NCBI RefSeq assembly: GCF_001194135.2
Contig: NC_068983.1
Span: 106,253,942-106,317,941, forward strand
Direction: 5' to 3'
Origin: Octopus bimaculoides
Lineage: Eukaryota
DNA: 64,000 bases
Each line of letters opens with the position of its first letter. The stretch's first letter is position 1. The notes below the pieces were generated by a model that was given only the letters and a program-made list of their open reading frames with translations, was not told the origin of the DNA and ran no database searches. Of this stretch, positions 36,801-46,800 are shown piece after piece. The position numbers were made by a program, and so were the translations under genes.

Positions 36801-39800
36801 TGACAATTCAAATAAAACTCTTTTTCAAAAAGAATGTTTCTGATGTGTAATAAAATTTGAATGCTAATTTTTTCTTTTTAAATAATATTTTCACCATATG
36901 ACAAAATTATAGAAAGGCAGTTAAATAATATCCACTAACCACTATGGTTATTGAATAGATCAACTTATTTGTGGCATCACTTATTTTAGGGAAGATCGCC
37001 TTGAGGTACTGTACAACAAATTTCAGGGTTATGAAAAAAAAACATAATTCTCATGTACATTTTATGAAGTTGATTGTGCTAAATTCGAATTTTATAACAA
37101 AAATTTCCCATCACGTCACATTTTCTTGTAAATTACCAACTTAATAACTATGCAATTTATACAAACTTTCATGATGCCATAAATTTATTTTGCTCTAAAA
37201 GTCAGATTAAATATGTCCATTGTAATTAATTCATAAATATATAACGAATCAGCATGTTTGTTAGCATTATATAATGTATTAACCTACATTTTAGTATTTA
37301 TTTTTTCTTTGTAAAACGTCTCAGGTGGGTCACGCTTCAGGTTCCAGCAGAAGTCAGCCAGCATAGCTGAGTTCCATTTTCCCCTTATACCTGTTCTCCA
37401 TTGATGCTATATCTTGATGGAATCTCTCATCATGTTCATCACTCACATCTGCATTCTCTGGGAAGGACAGATGAGAAAGAAGAAAGTGTATCATCAGTGA
37501 CGTGTTGCATTCAAGATCTTGGTAGCACTTGATTAGGCTCTCCACTATACTCCCTCACTGGGCCACTTGATACTTTCCTGGAAGTCCTTTGCATACATCT
37601 TTGAATGCATGCCAGGCCACTTGCTCAGTTTCATCCATTGTCACTTTGAAGTCCTCATCAGTTATAAGTTGATGAATCTGAGGGCCTACAAATATGCTCT
37701 CTTTAATCTTGGCATCACTTATTTTAGGGAAGATTGCCTTGAGGTAATGGAAACATGGCTTGTTATGTTGCAGTACTTTGGTAAAATGGTTCATTAGGCC
37801 TAGTTTTATATGCAGTGGTGGGAAAATGGTTTTCTCTTTAACTAGTGGCTCATTATTTACATTATGGCATCCAGGTGTCGTAGTTTTCCGAGGTGGCCAT
37901 TCTAAGTGTACACAATGTTCTGATCTGACCCTACTGTCCCACTTGCAAAGGAAGCATATAAACTTGGTGTATCCAGTTTGTAGCCCATTAAGGGCTACTA
38001 CTTTCAAATCCGCACAAATTAGTCACTCATGTTCCTTGTACTTATGCAGTCTAGAATAAAAGTGAGGTTCTCGTATGCCTCTCTTAAAATGACTGAGTGA
38101 ACAAATGGAACTGAAGGCATGGTGTTCCCAATGTGCAACAGAACCGCTTTTATACTGTAAAGAGATGCATCTATGAATAACCTCCACTCATTTGGTTCAT
38201 AGGTCAGCTCAAGGGCATTGAATAGGTCTCTGGTATTATTACAATAAGTCAAGTTGTTTTCTAAAGTGAAGAATTGCTGTAGATCTTCAGAATGCTTCCT
38301 AAATACTGTAATTTGAGCATCTTTATCCAACAGGTTCCGTTATTGCAGACGTGAGGCCAGGACTTCACTCTGTTGTTTAGTGTTAGATCATGAACTAGAT
38401 CATTGAGTTCAGGTTGGGTGATGTATTGTTTCTTGTCAGATTTGCCATGGATTTAGACCCATATAACTATAAAAATATTAAGTGTACTTTTATAATTTTC
38501 ATAGGTTAGGTTGACAAATACCTTAGGAACATCCCATTAAAATTATACCAAAATCTATTCATGACTTTTAGAGTTATCAGTTTCAGCCCAATCCTATTTG
38601 CACTCAATTCCTATGGAACCATCAGTGTATTTAACATAAGTAAGATGGTAATGTTTGAGAAACTGGAGTGTCACAGAAAGAAACAGATGTTATATTCGTG
38701 ATCTACACACAAAATACCCCCAGAAAAGGTTATTCTCATTTCGTTTTTTTTTCATTGTTATACAGTGTAATTTTAGGTTGAAAAATTCCTGACATTATTC
38801 TTATCAACCACTACCTCTTCTCTCTCATTCCTTCCCTAAATTTCATTTATCATTGCTTTCACAGATCTTCTGTATTGTTGAGTCTCAGGTCAGCTCTGAC
38901 TAAGCAGACCTATCATCAAAGGAGTTCCAATCATGATCATTCTGTCTTTCTCTTGATCATTGGATTTTAAGGGCTACATTATTCAATATATCCCTCTCTT
39001 TTTAGAGGGATATATTCTATTTCTGTTTAGCCAAAAAAAAAACAATTGTTCAGAGCCTTGCTATTTTATTACCATTCATTCATGTTTTCTAATCCATAAT
39101 CCATTATTTTTTCTAGGCCGTAGTTCATGGAACAGAAGGAGTGTTAGGGTATATTTACTGTGATTTTTATGAAAGGATTGGAAAGCCAATTCAGGTAGGT
39201 TCTGTTTCTATACAATTATTGCTGATGACTATGATAACTTTATAGCCAAGTGTGCAATACAAGACGACTGTTAAATTGTTATAAGGAATATATAATTTTT
39301 CCTTTTCCTTTTGTGTGTGTGTGGTTGAGGAGTATTTTGCTATTGTTTCTTTTTCTTGCTTGTATTTCATACATCTTGCACCCATTCTGCTCTATGGAAA
39401 AGTCCTCTCTCTCTCTCAAAACTTACTCCATGCATGCAGTTAGTGATTTAAAACAAAAGAAGTTATTCATAAATGTATTATTATTTGATCCATTAACTTG
39501 GATTCCATTAAATCAAGGCTTTATTCTGTGTGCATATTTATACATGTGTGTGTGTGTGTGTATTTTGCCACTGTTGGTTAACGACCCACAACCTGTGTCT
39601 GATATATTGTGAATAAGGGAGCAAATTGCTCCCCTCAAGCTTGGCAAAACCATGGTTTCTGGATCTTTACCAGCTGGAAAAGACGTTTTCCTGGGGGTTA
39701 AAATGTAGTAACACAGTTCTGTATAGAACAGCCATGTTATAGTGGGAAAAAAAATGTTACCATCAAGTATTGTTCCTACTTATATCTCATTTAGAGATTT

Positions 39801-42800
39801 TAGAACAAACTACTTTGTTCATTACGAGATCAGCAGCTGTCTACTGCTTCTCTGTTTATATATTGAGTAAGAACAATTGACTACCATCTCTAGCAGGCAG
39901 GTATCCAGTACTGATGACAGATAAAAACCCAGAAACCATGGTCTACTGGTCTTGCCAAGCTGGAGGGGAGTGATTCACTCTGTTACTCAGAATATATTCT
40001 ATTGGTCTCTTTTGCTGAACCACTAAGTTATGAGGACATAAACACACCATCACTGCTTGTCGAGTGGTGGTGGTAAACAAACACAGACGCATACACACAT
40101 AGACATATATATGACGAGCTTCTTTCAGTTTCCATCTACCAAATCCACTCACAAGGTTTTGGTTGGCTTGAGGCTATAGTAGAAGACACTTGCACTAGGT
40201 GCCATGCAGGAGAACTGAACTCGGGACCATGTGGTTGAAAAGCAAGCTTCTTACCACATAGCCACACCCCATGGTTTAACTGAACCCAATTTAATGAGTC
40301 TTAGAGTTATTAAACAGGATAGTAATAATGCAGTACTGTAGTAGCATTATGCTCTCAGTGAAATACTCGTTTTACTCTACTATCAAAAGAGGATGTACAC
40401 TTGGAAAATATGTTGCAGTATTCCTAATTTTCTTCATATTAGGGCTGTAGATTAGCAGAATTGTTAGAGAGAGATGAATGAAATGTCTCCAGTATTTAGG
40501 TCACTGCCTTTAGGCCCTCAGTTCAAGTCACCTGAGGATGACATTGTCTTTAATCCTTACGGACTTGATAAGATAAATTCTAGTTTAGTAATGGTGCTGG
40601 TATAGGCGCCTGTACACTGCCAACCAAATTTTAATGTCTTGTTACTAGGTTAGAAATCATTTGATGATTATTTCCCTTCAATTTATGCAGATGTATGTTT
40701 TCAAAACTCTGGTCACATTCTGTCATAATTGTTTTTTATTATTTTAATTTAGGACTGTCACTTTACTATCCAAGGTGGTCGTTTAAAAGAAGACGGGACA
40801 TACCAGCTGCCGATAGTTGTTTTGCAGTTGAATTTCCCTCCACCTCAAGCAAGTGTTCCATCTCTGTTGAGTCCTGGTATGATGGAGAATTTATTCCATG
40901 AATTTGGTCATGCTATGCATTCAATGCTTGGCCGTACAAAATACCAACATGTCACTGGTAAGTTCTTTTGAGACTTAATAAAGCAATAATAATGATAATC
41001 TTTTCTACTATAGGCACAAGGCCTGAAATTTGGGGGTGGAGGATAGTCACTGAATAATTTGATTTTAACTAATTTTCCGAACTCTTTTCAAAATGATTTT
41101 CATTTCTGCAGTTTGTAAGGGATTTCTGGTTGTTCTAGCCTTTCTAGTCTAACATTCACTCTGTTTCCTTGGAAGATTCTTTTTGAGTCTCATTTTGTTT
41201 ACTTTTGATAAAACTATCAAATTATGAAATCAAAATTACATATTCCATTCAATAATTCACTGCAATCCATACCTGTCATATTTGGGTTTTGATCATTTGT
41301 CAAGTCATACCTTTAAAATAGGAGGCAATTGCTCCACTACAGCTTTTACTTCTTACCATCTTCTTGCGCTTTGACATTTCTCCATGATATTTGTGCTGCA
41401 TCGGTAGCAATGCTTTCGAAGTTTTAAAGCATTGGCACTTAATTTATTGACCCTGAAAGGATGAAAGACAAAGTTGACCTGTGGAATTTGAACTCAGAAT
41501 GTAATGGCAGATGAAATACCACTAAGCATTTCACCCGGCATGCTAACAATTCTGCTTGCTTATCACCTTAACAATAACAAGAATAATGGCAGACAAATTA
41601 AACTGGTATATAGGTACAGGAATAGCTGTGTGGTTGAGAATCTTGCTTTCTAACCATGTGGTATCGGATTCAGTCCTTTTGTGTAGCACCTAGGGTAAGT
41701 GTCATCTACTATAAGCCTTGGCTGACCAAAACTTGAGAGTGGATTTGGTAGATGAAACTGAAAGAAGACTGACAAATGTGTGGGATGTATCAATTGTTTT
41801 AATTAACTGAATTATTGTAATTGGAATTGAGATTCTTATTACCTATTATCTTTGTTATCCTTTCTAGGAACACGATGTTCTACGGATTTTGCTGAAGTTC
41901 CATCAGTACTTATGGAATATTTTGCATCTGATCCCAGGGTAAGCTCCTCCTTCTCCTGCTCTTTTTCCCATATTTTTATTATTATTTTACTGTATGTTTT
42001 TTCATAGTGGTATGGGTTTGATGGAGATGTGAATTTTGGAAATTTGCATGCATTTCTTTAGGTAGAAGTTTTGTGACTATATGGTTATATTAGAGAGCTT
42101 ATCTTACTCTGGGAGTAAGACACTATCTCTAATTCTGGTGTCACCATCCTCATCAGCATTTAACATCCACTTTTCCAACTAAAAGTAAAATTGCTGTCTT
42201 CCACACATACAGGCTTGTCCTTTCAGGTGTCGGTGCCACTTAAGCACCCATGCTGGTACTGCATTACCGTACCTGTACTGGTGCTGCATAAATGCATCCG
42301 TGCTGGTGGCATGTAGAAAGCACCCAGCACACTCTGCTAAGTGGTGTTGGAAAAGGTATCCAGCCATAGAAACCATGCCACAACATACAGCAGCTCCCTG
42401 CTAGCCAGCTTCATGTTAAACCATCCAACCCATGCCAGTATGGAGAGTGGACGTTAAACGATGATGATTTTCCATGGTTGCAGATGGAATTTGCTGAGTG
42501 GATTTTCTATGGCTGGATGCCCTTCCTGTGGCCACCACTCAGCTGCTTTGAAACAAGATAATATTTTGCCATAGCTAGATATGTTTTTCATGAAAAACCA
42601 GACAAACAACCTCACTTGTATGACAATGATGCTAATTTATAATCATCATGTGATGTCTAGACAAGAGTACATGTGCACACACACAAAATATGAGAGAAAG
42701 GAAATGGCACTTATGAGACTCCTTATTATTCACTACAATTATTTTGACCCCTCATGCATCAGTGCCTTGTAGGTGAGATGCCATTCAAACAGTTGTGGTG

Positions 42801-43818
42801 TTAAAACAATCATAGTGAATAATAAAGTCTCATGAATTCCATTTTCTTTCTCCCATGTTTTATAAACTTTACAGACATGGAGGAATTCCTGAAGTAAATC
42901 TACTTATATATACCTTCATACTGTTGATAACTTCAGGTAGCTGAATACTGTGAATGGGCTTTAAACATCATACAAGGTGTATACCTGAATATAAAATTAC
43001 ACACACACATTTATATACAACTGGCACGCCCTGTTAAGCGGTTGGCATTAGGAAGGGCATCCAGCAGTAGAAACCATGCCACAACAGACAGTTGGAGTCT
43101 GGACAACTCCCTGCTAGTCAGCTCCATGTCAAACCGTCCAACCCATGTCAGCATGGAAAGCGGACATTAAATGATGATGGCTTCTTTCAGTTTCCATCAC
43201 TTCTTTAATCCGCTTAAGATGCCACGCTGGGACTGAACCCCAAATCACATGGTTGGGAAGCAAGCTTCTTAACCAAACAGCCACTCAATAAAATTGTTTG
43301 TGGCAACATAAGTTAGAGAGCACTCCTTAGTCTTTGTGAGAATATGGCAATCTCTGTAATGCTGCTGTCACAACATTATGCACACAATGAACTCTGAGGT
43401 GAAAGGAAGGGTATTTAGCCATAGAAAACATGCCAAAATGGAGCATATGAACAAGATATGGTTCTTGACCCATTTAGCAGGACAGTAACTCAAAATAAGA
43501 ACTGATCTAGTCTGAAATGCCCCTTCTAACCCATGCCAGCATGGATAAGCAGATGTAAAAGTATGATGATGAGTATCTGTCTTGACTGGAGCCAGTAAAT
43601 ATAGTTTTAGTTGTATTTGTTGTGGGTTATTAGTGCTTATTATTAAGAAATTATTATTGTATTTTTCAATTACTTTAGGTTTTATCAACATTTGCCAGAC
43701 ATTATAAGACAGGTGAACCACTGAAAATGGAAATTATTCACAATCTTTGTGCTGCTAAAAAGTTGTTTGCTGCTTCTGTAAGTCTTATTTTGAACGATAC
43801 AAATAAAAATATTGTTGC

Positions 43819-43857
<39 letters not shown>

Positions 43858-46800
43858 CTGAAATTATATAAGCCAAACAATTATATCTTTATTGTTGTAC
43901 AACAATAATTTTTAAAGTTTTTCTTTTATAGGATCTTCAACTGCAAGTTTTCTACTCAATCCTTGACCAAGTATACCATGGGAAACTGCCAGCAGAAACA
44001 TCAACAATTGAGATTTTGGGGGCTATTCAGAATAAATATTATGGAATTGCTCATGTTCCAGGAACTGTGAGTAAATATGTAATTTATTTTCAGTTTTTAA
44101 GAAAATCATTGTCATTTGATGTCCACTTTTCTATGTTAGCATGGGTCAGACAGAATTTGTTGAGGCAGATTTTCTACAGCTGGATGCCCTTCCTGCTGCT
44201 GACCCTTACCTATTTCCAAGCAAAGTTATATTTCCCACTGGGAGAGATGGTTTTTTCCAAAAGACTGGAAATGAACAAATTTGCTTGTATGATGTTGTTC
44301 TAGACAGAGGTACAGACACACACATATGGGCTTCTTTCAATTTCTGTTTACCGAGTCCACTCACAAGGCTTTGGTTAGCCCAAAGAAAGAGAAGACACTT
44401 ACCAAGTTGCCATGCAATGGGACTGAACCCAAGACCTCATGGTTGGGAAGTAAGCTTCTCAATCACACAGCCATGCTTGGATGACAGTTTAATCCTTTAG
44501 CCTTCAAATTACTGTCAAACCCAATACTTATTTATTCACATTATTTTGATTGAATCATTCATTATCTTGTAGCTTTGAGATTTTGTTGATGTGATTGTAT
44601 ATTTTTAGAATGACATTGTAAGGTAGGTGTGAGAGACCTGATCTGGTCAGTTTGAACATAAAACAGGTAGAATATTTAGGCTTGATATGGACGGTTTGAA
44701 TATTAAAGACTTAAATGTATTAAGAGTAAATTCCATTTTGTGTGAATGTTTAAACTGATATGTAATAATTCAGTGAGCGTACAGACTGAATATTTACATA
44801 AATCGCCACTGCTGTTCTCCTTGGTCTAGTCATTATACACCTGCCATCTCAGCAACAACCTACAGGAATTTTTTGTTTAATCTGTAATGAACTTGAAGAA
44901 AATGTATTTATTTAGAAGGCTGCTAAATGAGAAGAAAAGAGCTCTATACACATGAGTGTAGGACTGAAAGAGAAATATTGAAATGATCATTTGTTTTAAT
45001 TTAAATCTGTACCAAGTTGCAGTATTTTGTCTTATAGTCATGTAGCCCTGAAACTTTAGAGCTGTGAAGGTGTGTCATATACTAATTAACTTAATTGCTG
45101 GCCTATAAAAGGCTTTCAGATGAGAAAAGGCGGCGAGCTGGCAGAAACGTTAGCACACCGGGCGAAATGCTTAGCGGTATTTCGTCTGCCACTACGTTCT
45201 GAGTTCAAATTCCGCCGAGGTCGACTTATCCTTTCATCCTTTCCGGGTCGATTAAATAAGTACCAGTTATGCACTGGGGTTGATGTAATCGACTTAATCC
45301 CTTTGTCTGTCCTTGTTTGTCCCCTCTGTTTAGCCCCTTGTGGACAATAAAGAAATAAGATGAGAAAATGTTATAAGTGTGTCTTGACTGAATTTAGTTG
45401 CTGTTTGTCAACAACATATTACTTCAGTTCAAGTTTTCTAAGGGAAAGTTATAGTATTGTATTTAGCAACTTACATCTCTGTATGGGAAACAAAACTTTT
45501 TTTACTGCGAACAACGAAAATTGAGCCATAAAGGTAATGAAATTCCTCTGTTGCAACATTATAATTTTTTAAACTGTGTCTTCTAATATCTACAGAGTTT
45601 TTGTTTATAGACCATTGTCTGTAATATGGGTTAGATTCAGTGAAAGGTGTTGGTAGATTTAAATTTCAACTTGACTGAGAAAGTGAGCTATAAGTTGGAG
45701 ACATATACAAATTAACTAATTGCAAATTAGAAATACTTACAGTCAGTTTTAAGAAGAGTGCAGTATGAATAAATTTATATTGTTGTTGTTGGCACTCCGT
45801 CGCTTACGACGTCGAGGGTTCCAGTTGATCCGATCAACAGAACAGCCTGCTCGTGAAATTAATGTGCAAGTGGCTGAGCACTCCATAAACACGTGTACCC
45901 TTAACGTAGTTCTCGGGGATATTCAGCGTGACACAGTGTGACAAGGCTGACCCTTTGAATTACAGGCACAACAGAAACAGGAAAGTTGTGGTGGAAGAGT
46001 ACAGCAGGGTTCGCAACCATCCCCTGCCGGATCCTCGTGGGGCTTTAGGTGTTTTTGCTCAATAAACACTCACAACGCCTGGTCTGGGAATCGAAACCGC
46101 GAGTCCGCTGCCCTCACCACTGGGCCATTGCGCCTCCACAAATTTATATTGGTATCAAGGCTAAATGGAAATAAACCAGCAAAATAGAAAAAAATCTCAA
46201 GTCAATTACTTCCCTTATAAGTGAAGGTAGACTATAAATGAACGCATAATGTTGAGCTTGACTAGTCTAGTTTTATGAGGGCACATGGTAGATGTAGCAT
46301 AAGTGGTAACATCTGTGCTGCTCATGCTGGCCACTGTTTCTTGTGGTGTCATATGGTTGACAGTGTTGGCTGGACAGTTTGGCATTAGGGCCTTACACAC
46401 ATTTGCAATGATGAAGAACTGCCACTTCTTCATTAACTCTTTAATGAGTTGTTGAATGATCACTTAAAAACCTCATCTTCATGCAGTGTGTCAAGAAGTA
46501 AGTTGGCTTGGCAGTAACCATTTTTCTTGAAGCTGCAATTATAACTGGAAATCACAGGTGTGAAAGCCCAAATAGAGATTATACTTGCAGTACAAACTCT
46601 ACATACTGGTTAGCTAACCATTGGTCTATGACAATTGCATAATGTACATAATAGAAGCAAGTTATTTTGAAGATGAACAAAGAATAATTCAAGTAACTAT
46701 TTTATCTGTTTTGAAATACTTTCATTCAGGAAGCATCTCATTAAGAATTCCTCTTATTGGTAATCATCATCATTGCCGTCATCCTTTAACATACATTTTC

